Part shown: positions 50,700 to 60,608 of the stretch, piece by piece
How the letters are laid out: each line of letters opens with the position of its first letter
How positions within the stretch are numbered: the stretch's first letter is position 1
Origin: Candidatus Dadabacteria bacterium
GTDB taxonomy: Bacteria; Desulfobacterota_D; UBA1144; Nemesobacterales; JADFKM01
Assembly: GCA_022564935.1 (NCBI GenBank)
Contig: JADFKM010000002.1
Location: 2,285-66,284 of the forward strand
DNA length: 64,000 nt
Direction: 5' to 3'
Notes under the pieces: model-generated
Told to the model about the DNA's origin: nothing
What the model saw: the letters and a program-made list of their open reading frames with translations, nothing else
Databases searched by the model: none
Made by a program: the position numbers and the translations under genes

Positions 50700-52020
50700 C
50701 GCGGGTAATAATGACCCTACGCAGGGTCTCGAGATTCGTGACCACGGCAATCAGGGCCAGCACGGGCAGTACCAGATTTGTCACCGCGCCTAGAAAGATA
50801 AGAAACACACGCACATCCCGGCCCAGGCGCAACTCGGCCCTGCCTCCGGCTGCGATGCGCGAGCGCATCAGGCTGTCGTACTTGTCCGCCGTGTAACTCA
50901 GCATGAACGAGCCGATGATGGCCATAAAACCGGTGAGCAAGATCCAGCCGTTCGCTTCGGTAGCCAGGATGTGCCAAGTCAAGCCAAGCAGAAGAAAGGC
51001 GTCAGCGTAGCGGTCCAGCACCGCGTCGAACCAGCCGCCATAGTCGCTGCACTGATACTTGAGCCTGGCCACTTCGCCATCGGAACCGTCAATGATGGAT
51101 GCGAACTGCGCTAGTACACCACCCAGGAGCAGGGCGAGATACCCGCCCATTGCAAACAGTCCTGCAGCAAGTAGGGAGCACAGAAAAGAGAACAGGGAAA
51201 TTTGATTGGGGGTGATATTATATTTGGCCAAATGGCGGGAAAACCTCAAGGAGATGGGGCGGTTTAAATAACGCGATACAGGCCCGTCATTAAACTTGTT
51301 ACGGAGATTATCTAGGAGTGCCTTTTCCGCCTTCCTGAAGGTCACAGAATCATCTACATCTATCCAGAAACCGCTCGTATAGATCGCTTTAGCTTGTCCC
51401 TCGGCGGCCAAATTCCGTACCGCCCTGGACAAGGTGGTGCAGCCGTTTTTTTCTTTACATCGCTCCAGTGCATTAAAAATGGCAGAGGAGCAGAGGAAAA
51501 CACCGGTATCTAAGGCGTTGAAGTCAGTCAGTCCCTTGCCGATATCACTGATCTTCCCATCTTCCACCTTTACGCGGGTAACTTCCTCTATAACGATGAA
51601 GGGGTTCCTGGTGTCTGCGTCGACCCCGAGTGCGATCTCCCCATCGGCCAAGGTAAACGCTAACAACTCACGGGCAAGGGACGGATCAAAGAGGTGATCC
51701 GCCATGAGCAGCAAAAACGGCTCACTCAGATGCTCCCGCGCCGTAAACACCGAAAGACCGTTTCCTTTTTCCCAATCGTCATTAACCAGCGTCGTAATAC
51801 GAATCGAAAGACGAACCGACAGCCGGTTCAAGAAATCACGAACACGGTCCCCATTGTAGCCGGTAACCACATAAAACTCATGCACCCCTGCCTCCATGGC
51901 TGAGCGGATGACCCGTTCAATCAAGGGGACGCCCAGGATAGGAATGAGGGGTTTGCTGTCATACCTGTGCTGCAGCCGACTACCCCTACCCGCCGCGATA
52001 ATCAGGCACTTGATATCCAT
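50692..52020 (-). CDS. Bifunctional nucleotidyltransferase / CDP-alcohol phosphatidyltransferase, IPCT/DIPPS-like (di-myo-inositol-phosphate-phosphate synthase type)
   Basis: 442 aa. N-terminal IIAAGRGSRL NTP-transferase fold. The C-terminal membrane domain has an exact CDP-OH-P motif, D-GS-DG-EV-AR-x8-G-x3-D-x3-D (IIDGSDGEVARLKYQCSDYGGWFDAVLDRYAD). The domain order and size match the archaeal IPCT/DIPPS architecture. Confidence 0.75.
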   Translation of the reverse strand: MDIKCLIIAAGRGSRLQHRYDSKPLIPILGVPLIERVIRSAMEAGVHEFYVVTGYNGDRVRDFLNRLSVRLSIRITTLVNDDWEKGNGLSVFTAREHLSEPFLLLMADHLFDPSLARELLAFTLADGEIALGVDADTRNPFIVIEEVTRVKVEDGKISDIGKGLTDFNALDTGVFLCSSAIFNALERCKEKNGCTTLSRAVRNLAAEGQAKAIYTSGFWIDVDDSVTFRKAEKALLDNLRNKFNDGPVSRYLNRPISLRFSRHLAKYNITPNQISLFSFLCSLLAAGLFAMGGYLALLLGGVLAQFASIIDGSDGEVARLKYQCSDYGGWFDAVLDRYADAFLLLGLTWHILATEANGWILLTGFMAIIGSFMLSYTADKYDSLMRSRIAAGGRAELRLGRDVRVFLIFLGAVTNLVLPVLALIAVVTNLETLRRVIITRDG

Positions 52021-52103
52021 CTCCTCAGTTGTTGATAAGGAATTTTGATTTGCGATATTATTTTTGAACGAGCTTTTGTTACGGTTACGAGCCGGAGGAA
52101 TTA

Positions 52104-52910
52104 TCAGGACTTTTCTTCCTCATTCTCAGAGCCTTCGCCGTCCTCGGACCCCTCACCCTCTTCGGTGGTTTCTTCTCCGGCATCGGCTGTAGGTGCTTGC
52201 TCTCCGACATCTTTAGCATCGGCTGGCTCGGGCTCTTCTGGAGATTCCTTGAGGGATTCCTCTTGAGGTTGCTCCGCAGCGGGAGCTTCAGCCTCGGCCG
52301 GGTCTTCTCCAGCTTCTGCATCGGGCGCGCCTTCAGCATCGATAAGCCCGAGCTCTTCGGCGGATTCTACCTTGGAGCTTTTGGCACGTTTCGGTTTTTT
52401 CTCTGAAGGCTGCTCTTCGGCCTCAGAGGCTCCCTCTTCTATCGGTGACTCCTGCGCCGAAGGCTCCGTCTCTAGAGCGGCTTCGGTTTTTTGTTCTGCC
52501 TTAGCTCCGGCTTTAGCTTTCGACCTCTTCTTCTTCTCAGGCTCGGGCTCGTACTCTTCTTCAACAAGCTTGATCAACGATATGGGGGCGTTATCACCTC
52601 TCCTGAACCCCAGTTTTACGATCCTAGTATAACCGCCCGGCCGTAATTTAAAGTGCGGAGCAATCTCTTCGAACAGCTTCTTGAGCACTTCTTTGTCCTG
52701 AATATCGGCTGCGGCCCTCCTCCTGGCATGCAGAGTTCCCTGCTTGGCAAGGGTTATAAGCTTCTCGGCGAACCTGCGCAGCTCTTTTACCTTAATGTCG
52801 GTAGAGTGTATCTTCCCAAGACGGAAAAAATCGGTGGCCATGTTCCGCAGCATAGCCCTTCGGTGTTCTGTAGTTCTGCTGAGTTTTCGTCCCGCTCTTC
52901 TGTGTCGCAT
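52104..52910 (-). CDS. rplQ: 50S ribosomal protein L17 with a ~150-aa acidic low-complexity C-terminal extension
   Basis: [24 protein letters not shown]...[18 protein letters not shown] is the L17 core (~117 aa). It is followed by an E/A/P/K-rich tail running to residue 268. Confidence 0.92.
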   Translation of the reverse strand: MRHRRAGRKLSRTTEHRRAMLRNMATDFFRLGKIHSTDIKVKELRRFAEKLITLAKQGTLHARRRAAADIQDKEVLKKLFEEIAPHFKLRPGGYTRIVKLGFRRGDNAPISLIKLVEEEYEPEPEKKKRSKAKAGAKAEQKTEAALETEPSAQESPIEEGASEAEEQPSEKKPKRAKSSKVESAEELGLIDAEGAPDAEAGEDPAEAEAPAAEQPQEESLKESPEEPEPADAKDVGEQAPTADAGEETTEEGEGSEDGEGSENEEEKS

Positions 52911-52939
52911 GTGATTTCCTCCGAACTCCTGCGCAGGTC

Positions 52940-53974
52940 TTATACAGTAGCTGTGCTCTCGCTCGCTCTCCTGGACTTTTCAGCTTCAAATACATCTTTA
53001 TTAATAGTCATACCGAGAGAAAACCCCATCTCGGTCAGCCTTTCCTTAATCTCAAGCAGCGAACGCTTCCCGAAATTTTCCAGGTTGAGAAGCTGTTCCT
53101 CCGTTTTCTGAATCAATTCGCCTGCATACTCAATTTGAGCCTTTCTCAAACAGTTCAGTGACCTTGCCGAGAGGTCAAGGTCGTCTATTACCAGGAACAG
53201 CACCTCCTCAGTACCTTTAACATCCAAGGTATCGTCGGCTTGGGGTATTTCATCCATTTCCTTTTCATCGAAGTTGATATAAACTGATAGCTGCTCTCTG
53301 AGTATCTTTGCCGCATAGGCTAAAGCGTCCTCAGAAACTATTGTGCCGTTAGTCCAGACCTCCAGAGTCAGCCTCTCGTAATCCGTTCTCCTGCCCACCC
53401 TCGCGTTTGTAACCACGTAGTTAACCCTGCGCACGGGTGAATACAGGGCGTCTATGGGTATAACGCCTATGGATCTTTGCTCGTGGGCTCTTCTCTCAAC
53501 CGGTTCGTATCCGCGGCCCATATCGACCGTCATCTCCATTTCGATCTTCGACCCCTCGGATAGAGTCACTATAATGTGTTCAGGATTGAGGATTTCCACC
53601 TGATGAGTTGTGATGATGTCCCCAGCGGTGACCTCACACTCGCCCATGGCGCTAATGCGAAGTATCTGTTGCTCATAAGTATGCATCAACATCTGCACGC
53701 CTTTGAGATTAAGAACAATTTCAGTGACATCCTCTTTAATCCCCGTTATGGTGGAAAACTCATGAAGTACCCCTTCGATCTTTACAGAAGTTATGGCCGG
53801 GCCCTGAATAGATGAGAGGAGCACTCTGCGCAAGACGTTGCCCAGGGTTACGCCGTACCCACGCTCAAGGGGCTCGCATATAAACTTCCCATAATTAGGA
53901 GTAGAATTTCTAACATCTTTTTCAAGATTTTTGGGTTTAATAAGTTCCTGCCAATTCCTCTGAAATTCCTTCAC
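52940..53974 (-). CDS. rpoA: DNA-directed RNA polymerase subunit alpha
   Basis: 344 aa. The N-terminal domain contains [22 protein letters not shown], and the C-terminal domain contains [14 protein letters not shown]-like helices. Confidence 0.95.
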   Translation of the reverse strand: MKEFQRNWQELIKPKNLEKDVRNSTPNYGKFICEPLERGYGVTLGNVLRRVLLSSIQGPAITSVKIEGVLHEFSTITGIKEDVTEIVLNLKGVQMLMHTYEQQILRISAMGECEVTAGDIITTHQVEILNPEHIIVTLSEGSKIEMEMTVDMGRGYEPVERRAHEQRSIGVIPIDALYSPVRRVNYVVTNARVGRRTDYERLTLEVWTNGTIVSEDALAYAAKILREQLSVYINFDEKEMDEIPQADDTLDVKGTEEVLFLVIDDLDLSARSLNCLRKAQIEYAGELIQKTEEQLLNLENFGKRSLLEIKERLTEMGFSLGMTINKDVFEAEKSRRASESTATV

Positions 53975-54036
53975 TTTTCCCTCCCAATTAATATTGTCTA
54001 TATTTTGAGTAAAAATTGTCTTAGAGAATTCAAACG

Positions 54037-54675
54037 CTAAACCTTGGAATAAAATTCCACAATTAATTGCTCTTCAATAGGAATGGTTACATCCGCCCTT
54101 GTAGGGAGCCTCGTAACTGTCCCTTTATAATATTCTTTATCCAGCTCAAGCCAGTCGGGGAAGCCTCTCCTTTCAAGCAGCTCAAGCGACATGTTCACTC
54201 TGTCCATTTTCTTGCTCTTGGACTCAAGCTCAATGGAATCGCCGGCACTTACAATGTAAGAAGGAATATTCACCCTCTTTCCGTTTACCCTTATATGACC
54301 GAACCTGACCATCTGCCGGGCCTCTTTCCTGGAACTGGCGAACCCAAGCCGGTAGACAACATTATCCAGGCGGCTCTCAAGCCTCACAATTAGAACTTCG
54401 CCGGTGACTCCTTTTGTGCGGGCGGCTTTCTCAAAAAACCTCCGGAACTGCCCTTCGGTTAGGCTGTACATCCTCTTCACTTTCTGCTTTTCCCTCAGCC
54501 TGATGCCGAAATCGGTAACTTTTATGCGGCCGCGGGCATGACCATGCTCCCCCGGGGGCTGGTCGGGGCGCTTCTCCACCGCACACTTATCCGTGTAGCA
54601 TCTCTCGCCCTTCAAAAAAAGCTTCATCCCTTCTCTTCTGCAATGCCTGCAAACCGCTCCGATATATCTAGCCAA
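54037..54675 (-). CDS. rpsD: 30S ribosomal protein S4
   Basis: [26 protein letters not shown] is a Cys-rich N-terminus; an S4 RNA-binding domain follows. Confidence 0.95.
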   Translation of the reverse strand: MARYIGAVCRHCRREGMKLFLKGERCYTDKCAVEKRPDQPPGEHGHARGRIKVTDFGIRLREKQKVKRMYSLTEGQFRRFFEKAARTKGVTGEVLIVRLESRLDNVVYRLGFASSRKEARQMVRFGHIRVNGKRVNIPSYIVSAGDSIELESKSKKMDRVNMSLELLERRGFPDWLELDKEYYKGTVTRLPTRADVTIPIEEQLIVEFYSKV

Positions 54676-54760
54676 TTATCACTCTTCCTCCATGTGTGTC
54701 ATAGGGAAACCTATGAACTAAATCCTTGAGTCGAAAAAAAATATTATGTCCTAGCATCGA

Positions 54761-55144
54761 TTATACCCTTCTCCTTCCGGGGGGCCTGCAGCCGTTATGA
54801 GGAATAGGGGTAACGTCTTTGATTAAGGTGATTTTAAGCCCTGCCGCCTGCAGAGACCTTATCGCAGGCTCCCTTCCGGGCCCGGGGCCCTTTACATACA
54901 CCGACACCGTTTTCATTCCCTGAGAAACGGCCCTTCTGGCAACGTCTTCGGCGGCCATCTGGGCTGCAAACGGTGTGCCTTTTCTCGTTCCCTTGAACCT
55001 CCTGGTACCGCCGCTGGCCCAGACAATCGAGTTCCCCTGCTTGTCGCTTATTGTTACAATTGTGTTATTGAACGTCGCCTTGATATGCACCAAGCCTTCT
55101 TCAACGAACTTCTTGGTTTTTCTCAACGATTTTTTCTTAGCCAT
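54761..55144 (-). CDS. rpsK: 30S ribosomal protein S11
   Basis: 127 aa. [15 protein letters not shown] and [15 protein letters not shown] blocks. Confidence 0.95.
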   Translation of the reverse strand: MAKKKSLRKTKKFVEEGLVHIKATFNNTIVTISDKQGNSIVWASGGTRRFKGTRKGTPFAAQMAAEDVARRAVSQGMKTVSVYVKGPGPGREPAIRSLQAAGLKITLIKDVTPIPHNGCRPPGRRRV

Positions 55145-55158
55145 TTCCTAATACGCTC

Positions 55159-55539
55159 CTAACCTTTGATCTTCTTCTTTTTCGCAATGGCCGTTCCTCT
55201 GGGACCCTTCCTTGTTCTTGCGTTTGACTTTGTTCTCTGTCCCCTAGTCGGAAGGTTGACCTTGTGCCTAAGGCCCCTGTAGGAGCCTATTTCTATCAAG
55301 CGCCTTATATTCTGCTGAACATCCTGTTTTAGGTCGCCCTCGACCATATAGTGTTTCTCTATTATATCCCTTATTTTAGCTATTTCGTGATCGGTCAAAT
55401 CATTGGAGAGCTTAGAGGGATCCACGCTCGCCTGCTCAACTATATTCTTCGAGCTGTTACGACCGATACCGAATATATATGTAAGCCCTATCTCAATCTG
55501 CTTGGAACCGGGTATGTCGACTCCGGCAATTCTAGGCAT
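55159..55539 (-). CDS. rpsM: 30S ribosomal protein S13
   Basis: [10 protein letters not shown]...YRGLRH...[17 protein letters not shown]. Confidence 0.95.
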   Translation of the reverse strand: MPRIAGVDIPGSKQIEIGLTYIFGIGRNSSKNIVEQASVDPSKLSNDLTDHEIAKIRDIIEKHYMVEGDLKQDVQQNIRRLIEIGSYRGLRHKVNLPTRGQRTKSNARTRKGPRGTAIAKKKKIKG

Positions 55540-55551
55540 AGTTCTCCCCTC

Positions 55552-55665
55552 CTAACCCTGCTTCTGCTTGTGTCTTTTGTTTTCGCATATCACCCTGATT
55601 ATGCCCTTTCTTCTTATGATCTTACATTTATCACAAATCTTTTTTACAGAGGCTCTAACCTTCAC
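55552..55665 (-). CDS. rpmJ: 50S ribosomal protein L36 (zinc type)
   Basis: Not in the ORF track (37 aa). The minus strand reads GTG-AAG-GTT..., giving (M)[36 protein letters not shown]. The motif is C-x2-C-x12-C-x4-H. Confidence 0.9.
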   Translation of the reverse strand: MKVRASVKKICDKCKIIRRKGIIRVICENKRHKQKQG

Positions 55666-55682
55666 TATTTAGCTCTCCAGAA

Positions 55683-55904
55683 TCATTTTTTCAACCTGTA
55701 CGTTATCCTGCCCTTTGTGAGGTCGTAAGGGGAAATCTCAATCTTCACCTTATCCCCGGTCAAAATCCTTATAAAATGTGTTCTCATCTTCCCCGACACA
55801 TAGGCAAGCACCTGATGACCCCCCTCAATTTCAACTTGAAACATAGCATTAGGCAATGACTTTATCACCTTTCCTTCAAATTCTATTCTCTCTTCTTTTT
55901 TCAT
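55683..55904 (-). CDS. infA: Translation initiation factor IF-1
   Basis: 73 aa. S1-like domain with [33 protein letters not shown]. Confidence 0.95.
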   Translation of the reverse strand: MKKEERIEFEGKVIKSLPNAMFQVEIEGGHQVLAYVSGKMRTHFIRILTGDKVKIEISPYDLTKGRITYRLKK

Positions 55905-55910
55905 ATAACT

Positions 55911-56678
55911 TTAGTTCTGCATTTCAGTCAATATAATAGGGCCATCTTCACCGATGGCGACAGTGTGCTCAAAATGCGCGGAAAGAGTGCCGTCCCGAGT
56001 AACAGCCGTCCACCCGTCATCCCTTATTTCCACGTCGGGCTTACCGATATTGACCATCGGCTCAATGGCCAGAACCATACCGGCTTTAAGCCTCACTCCC
56101 TTACCCCAGTTTCCGTTCTCAGGGACATAATTGGGCACCTGAGGCTCTTCATGCAGGTTCTTGCCGATACCATGACCCACAAAAGCAGTTACTACGGAAA
56201 ACCCCTCACCCTCAACATGGATTTGAATTGCCTTGGATATATCGAGAAGCCTGTTAGAGGGCCTGGCTTGCTCGATACCCTTGTATAGCGATTCCCGTGT
56301 AATCCTGAGAAGCTTACGGGCGTAAGGAGATACCTCTCCAATGGGAACGGTTACTGCCGAATCGCTGTAATAGCCGTCAATAAAAGCGCCGAAATCCATG
56401 CTGACAATGTCGCCCCCTTTGAGAACTCTCCGTTTGCTCGGAATCCCGTGAACTATTTCGTTGTTAATCGCAAAGCACACTGAACCGGGGAAGTTTCTAT
56501 ACCCTTTGAATGCGGGTTTCGCTCCCATCTTTCTGGCATACTCCTCAGCCAATTTGTCCATATCCCACGTTGAAATCCCTTCTACAGCTTCAGTTTGCAG
56601 GATCACGAGCACTTCGCTCACGATTTCCGAGGCGCGACGGATCATCTCTATTTCCCATTTATTCTTTATGTATATCAT
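55911..56678 (-). CDS. map: Methionine aminopeptidase type I
   Basis: Metal ligands are intact (GDIVSMDFGAFIDGYYSDSA, VGHGIG, LAIEPM, HFEHTV). Confidence 0.93.
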   Translation of the reverse strand: MIYIKNKWEIEMIRRASEIVSEVLVILQTEAVEGISTWDMDKLAEEYARKMGAKPAFKGYRNFPGSVCFAINNEIVHGIPSKRRVLKGGDIVSMDFGAFIDGYYSDSAVTVPIGEVSPYARKLLRITRESLYKGIEQARPSNRLLDISKAIQIHVEGEGFSVVTAFVGHGIGKNLHEEPQVPNYVPENGNWGKGVRLKAGMVLAIEPMVNIGKPDVEIRDDGWTAVTRDGTLSAHFEHTVAIGEDGPIILTEMQN

Positions 56679-56685
56679 ACGCTTG

Positions 56686-57255
56686 TCAATTGAGAGAACC
56701 GAGTATCGATTCTATTCTTTCGAACACCTCTTTAACGGCGCCTATCCCGTCCACTTCCATAAGCTTTCCGGCACTGGCGTAATAACCCTTAATGGGCTCG
56801 GCTTGTTTCCTGTACACACTCAGCCTGTTGGAGGCCACGTCGGCGCTGTCGTCACCTCTACCCTCAATCTTCTGACGTTCTCGGATTCTATTCAAAATCT
56901 CAGTGTCATCAACTTCTATTGAAATAACGGCGTCAATCCCTAGGCCGGCGCCCTCAAGAACACTGTCAAGGGCACGGGCTTGCGGTATTGTCCTCGGGAA
57001 CCCGTCCAGCATGAAACCCTTATCCGAACCGGAATTAGTGATCTGTCCTTTTATAATGTCTATGACAACATCGTCGGGAACCAGCTCTCCTTTATCCATG
57101 AAGGATTTTGCCTTTTGGCCGAGCTCCGTGCCGTTCTTGACGGCGGCCCTGAGTATATCTCCAGTAGCTATGTGCACCATGTTGTACTTCTGCGTTACGA
57201 GGGACGCCTGGGTGCCCTTTCCTGCTCCCGGGGGACCAAAAAGTATTATTTTCAT
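56686..57255 (-). CDS. adk: Adenylate kinase (short-LID form, no zinc knuckle)
   Basis: GPPGAGKGTQ P-loop. At 189 aa it lacks the Cys4 LID insert. Confidence 0.93.
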   Translation of the reverse strand: MKIILFGPPGAGKGTQASLVTQKYNMVHIATGDILRAAVKNGTELGQKAKSFMDKGELVPDDVVIDIIKGQITNSGSDKGFMLDGFPRTIPQARALDSVLEGAGLGIDAVISIEVDDTEILNRIRERQKIEGRGDDSADVASNRLSVYRKQAEPIKGYYASAGKLMEVDGIGAVKEVFERIESILGSLN

Positions 57256-57297
57256 ACTCTCGCAACTCCTTCCAGTAATAGCCTACCTTCGCAACTT

Positions 57298-58617
57298 TTA
57301 CATTCCAAATCTACGGGGTCCTTTCATCCCTTTCTTCTTAATAAAACCCTCGTAGCTATGTGTAATCAAAAATGATTCGATCTGCTGAACGGTATCGAGC
57401 GTTACCCCCACAACGATCAGCAAAGAAGTGCCGCCGAAGAAAAACGGCACGTTAAAAGGCCTCTCTTGAAGGATTGAGGGCAGTACGCACACCGCAGCCA
57501 CATACATAGCCCCGATAAAGGTAATTCTGCCCAAGATCTTCTCAATATATTCGGCAGTCTTCCTTCCCGGCCTAATGCCCGGAATGAACCCGCCGTTCTT
57601 TCTGAGATTATCAGCCAAATCGTCTGGATTGTATATTATTGCAGTGTAGAAATAGGCAAAGAATATGATCAAAACGGCATAGACGGAATTGTATAAAAAA
57701 CTGTCGCGCAACAAAAGGTCTGTAAAATCTCTCAAAAACGGTATATTGACATAGGCAAGAATGGTAGCCGGGAAAAACATCAGGGATGAAGCAAAGATAG
57801 GAGGAATAACACCGGCGGTGTTGACCTTAAGGGGTAGAAACGAAGCCTGCCCCCCATAGACCTTCCTTCCAACAACCCGCCGGGGATATTGTACGGGAAT
57901 CTTCCTGTATGATCGCTCGACATACACTATCGCTCCAACCACAAGAACCAAGAAACCAATCAAAAGAACTATCCCGAACACCATCATCTCCCCGGTACGA
58001 ACAAGCCTGGCGAAGTCCCAAATCGCACCCGGCATTCCAACGAGAATGGAAGCGGCTATGATCAGTGAAATTCCGTTGCCGATTCCCCTCTCGGTAATCT
58101 GCTCCCCTATCCACATCACAAACATTGTACCGGCAGTAAGCGTAATCACCGTTGTTATCCTGAAGGCCCAGCCGGGATTCCTCACCATCACGACGTCTGA
58201 GCCGAAACCGGCTTCCATGGTCGCAGCTATCATAAATCCCTGGAGGAGGCAGATCAGTATCGTTCCATACCTGGAGTACTGGTTGATTTTCCTTCTTCCG
58301 GCCTCGCCTTCTTTCTGCATAGCTTCAAGGGTTGGGAAGGCCTTTACCAAAAGGGACATTATGATTGAAGAAGTTATGTAAGGCATGATACCCAAGGCAA
58401 ATATCGAAGCCCTTTCCAGCGCTCCGCCCGAAAAAAGGTTCAATAGGTCGAATATAGTGCCGCTCTGCTGATCAAATATACTTATAACGGCATCGGTATC
58501 TATGCCCGGAGTGGGTATAAACACGCCAAGGCGGTACACAACCAGCATCATAGCGGCAAAAAGCAATCTTCTGTTTAATTCCGGGATCTTAGGTATAGCC
58601 CCGATGCTGGTGCTCAT
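57298..58617 (-). CDS. secY: Preprotein translocase subunit SecY
   Basis: 439 aa, 10 TM helices, canonical position between rplO and adk. Overlaps rplO by 4 nt. Confidence 0.95.
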   Translation of the reverse strand: MSTSIGAIPKIPELNRRLLFAAMMLVVYRLGVFIPTPGIDTDAVISIFDQQSGTIFDLLNLFSGGALERASIFALGIMPYITSSIIMSLLVKAFPTLEAMQKEGEAGRRKINQYSRYGTILICLLQGFMIAATMEAGFGSDVVMVRNPGWAFRITTVITLTAGTMFVMWIGEQITERGIGNGISLIIAASILVGMPGAIWDFARLVRTGEMMVFGIVLLIGFLVLVVGAIVYVERSYRKIPVQYPRRVVGRKVYGGQASFLPLKVNTAGVIPPIFASSLMFFPATILAYVNIPFLRDFTDLLLRDSFLYNSVYAVLIIFFAYFYTAIIYNPDDLADNLRKNGGFIPGIRPGRKTAEYIEKILGRITFIGAMYVAAVCVLPSILQERPFNVPFFFGGTSLLIVVGVTLDTVQQIESFLITHSYEGFIKKKGMKGPRRFGM

Positions 58618-59045
58618 AGAACTTCGGCTTTACCTCCGCGCTCTTCCAATTTAGCGACGGCGGTTTTACTGAATCGGTTGGCTTTAACTGTAATAGTAGT
58701 TAGAAGCTCGCCTTGGCCGAGTATCTTTACGGGCCTTTTCCCGCTTATAAGTCCAGCCTCGCGCAATTGCTCCGTAGAGACCTCTTCACCGTCCTTAAAG
58801 TTGTTCAGCTCCCCGACATTGAGCACATCGTATACGGTTTTAAAAGGGTTATGGAAGCCCCTCTTCGGAACCCTTAGCTTTAGCGGGCTTTGTCCCCCTT
58901 CGAACCAGGGGGGAACACCGCCACCGGAACGCGAGTTCTGCCCCTTATGACCTCTGCCGCTCGTTTTACCATGTGAAGCGACACCCCTGCCCAGTCGTTT
59001 TCTTTTTTTTGTAGCCCCTTCCGGGGGAGCGAGTTTGTTTAGCAT
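58614..59045 (-). CDS. rplO: 50S ribosomal protein L15
   Basis: KRLGRGVASHGKTSGRGHKGQNSRSG glycine-rich N-terminus. Confidence 0.95.
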   Translation of the reverse strand: MLNKLAPPEGATKKRKRLGRGVASHGKTSGRGHKGQNSRSGGGVPPWFEGGQSPLKLRVPKRGFHNPFKTVYDVLNVGELNNFKDGEEVSTEQLREAGLISGKRPVKILGQGELLTTITVKANRFSKTAVAKLEERGGKAEVL

Positions 59046-59074
59046 ATAATCCGTTTCCTGTTCGTTGAATCTAC

Positions 59075-59599
59075 CTAACTGAGCCTGTAGTACTTCGGGA
59101 GATCCAAATTCTCTATCTCTTTACCCCGTAATCTCGCAATTTCCTGGGGGGTTTTCAGCCTCTTGAGTGAATTAATCGTCGCCCCCACCACATTTAAGGG
59201 GTTGGTAGAGCCAATAACCTTAGAAAGGATGTCGTTAATGCCCGCAAGCTCCACAACACTCCTTACAGCGCCCCCGGCAATAACCCCGGTTCCGGGCGAA
59301 GCCGGCCTGAGCATAACTGTGCTGGAGACGTGGGTTCCAGTGATTTCGTGAGGTATAGTAGAGCCATGCATGGGAACCCTTATAAGTTCTTTCTTCGCTT
59401 TATCTATGCCTTTTCTAATGGCATCGGGGACTTCATTGGATTTACCCAATCCGACCCCTATTATGCCTTCACCGTTGCCGACGACCACAAGGGCGGTGAA
59501 GTGGAACCTCTTGCCGCCTTTGGTCACTTTGGCCACTCTCCTGATATGAACTATCTTTTCTTTTAAGTCGAGACCGCTTGGATCAATTCTCTCGTTCAA
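59075..59599 (-). CDS. rpsE: 30S ribosomal protein S5
   Basis: 174 aa. [25 protein letters not shown] dsRBD block. Confidence 0.95.
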   Translation of the reverse strand: MNERIDPSGLDLKEKIVHIRRVAKVTKGGKRFHFTALVVVGNGEGIIGVGLGKSNEVPDAIRKGIDKAKKELIRVPMHGSTIPHEITGTHVSSTVMLRPASPGTGVIAGGAVRSVVELAGINDILSKVIGSTNPLNVVGATINSLKRLKTPQEIARLRGKEIENLDLPKYYRLS

Positions 59600-59660
59600 T
59601 AAACCTTTACCTCCCGTACATAGAAGGGATATTTATTCTTACCGTTCTTCAATTTTTCAA

Positions 59661-60035
59661 CTAAAATTTCAAACCGCCTTCCCTTGCAGCATCGGCAAAC
59701 GCCTTTACCCGACCATGAAAGGCATATCCCCCCCTGTCGAATCGTACCGTTGCTATGCCCTTCTCAAGGGCTTTTTCAGCAAAATATTTTCCAAACTTCT
59801 TGGCCACATCCACCTTCTTCAATTTCTTATCCTTAGCAATCTTCTTCACTTCGGGACTGAGTGTCGAAATTCCCAAAAGTGTAGCTCCTTGCTCATCATT
59901 AATGACTTGAGCGTAAAAGTGTTTGGACGATTTAAATACGCAGAGCCGCGGAATGTCCCGTCCTCCGGCGACTTTTTTTCGAATCCTCCGGTGCCTTACC
60001 AGTCGCATTTTGTTTCTACTCTTTAACTTAATCAC
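59661..60035 (-). CDS. rplR: 50S ribosomal protein L18
   Basis: PRLCVFKSSKHFYAQVINDE...FDRGGYAFHGRVKAFADAAREGGL. Confidence 0.95.
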   Translation of the reverse strand: MIKLKSRNKMRLVRHRRIRKKVAGGRDIPRLCVFKSSKHFYAQVINDEQGATLLGISTLSPEVKKIAKDKKLKKVDVAKKFGKYFAEKALEKGIATVRFDRGGYAFHGRVKAFADAAREGGLKF

Positions 60036-60593
60036 TTACTGAGTCCCTCTGCTCACTCCCGCTTTACCGGCCTTAATCCTCAACACCTCCCCCGTATACC
60101 TTAGCCCTTTTCCTTTATAAGGGTCGGGGGGCCTGAGCTTCCTGATTCTCGCGCTAACCTCACCCACTAACTCTTTATCGATGCCCTCGACTATAAGCCT
60201 TGTGCCTCGCTCTTCGATGGTGGCTTTAATGCCCTCAGGCAGTTTGAACTCTACGGGATTGGAATACCCTATGCTTAGCTTGATGGTGTTTTTATCCGCC
60301 TCCTCGACCCTGTAGCCGGTGCCTACAATGTCCAGTGATATTGTGAATCCCGCCGATGTTCCCTGAACCATATTCGCCACAAGGCCGCGCGTCAGGCCGT
60401 GCAGGGACTTGCTCTTCTTTCCATCGCTACGCCTGCTTACCCTTACCTCGTCCCCCTCCACCGCTACATCGATACCCTCGGGCAGCGGCTTCGAGAGCTT
60501 TCCCTTCGGGCCGGATACCTCGACTGATCCACGGGTCACATTAACCACGACTTCTTTAGGAATCTTAATAGGCTTTCTGCCGACTCTGGACAT
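60036..60593 (-). CDS. rplF: 50S ribosomal protein L6
   Basis: MSRVGRKPIKIP...PPDPYKGKGLRY. Confidence 0.95.
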   Translation of the reverse strand: MSRVGRKPIKIPKEVVVNVTRGSVEVSGPKGKLSKPLPEGIDVAVEGDEVRVSRRSDGKKSKSLHGLTRGLVANMVQGTSAGFTISLDIVGTGYRVEEADKNTIKLSIGYSNPVEFKLPEGIKATIEERGTRLIVEGIDKELVGEVSARIRKLRPPDPYKGKGLRYTGEVLRIKAGKAGVSRGTQ

Positions 60594-60608
60594 TTTTTCG
60601 CTCTTACC

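Noticed and set aside
52085-52632. Alternative-frame ORFs (84 aa, 73 aa, 69 aa and 86 aa) over the L17 tail
   Set aside because: They arise from the low-complexity GA/GC-rich repeat DNA that encodes the acidic tail. The L17 frame is continuous from a conserved core.
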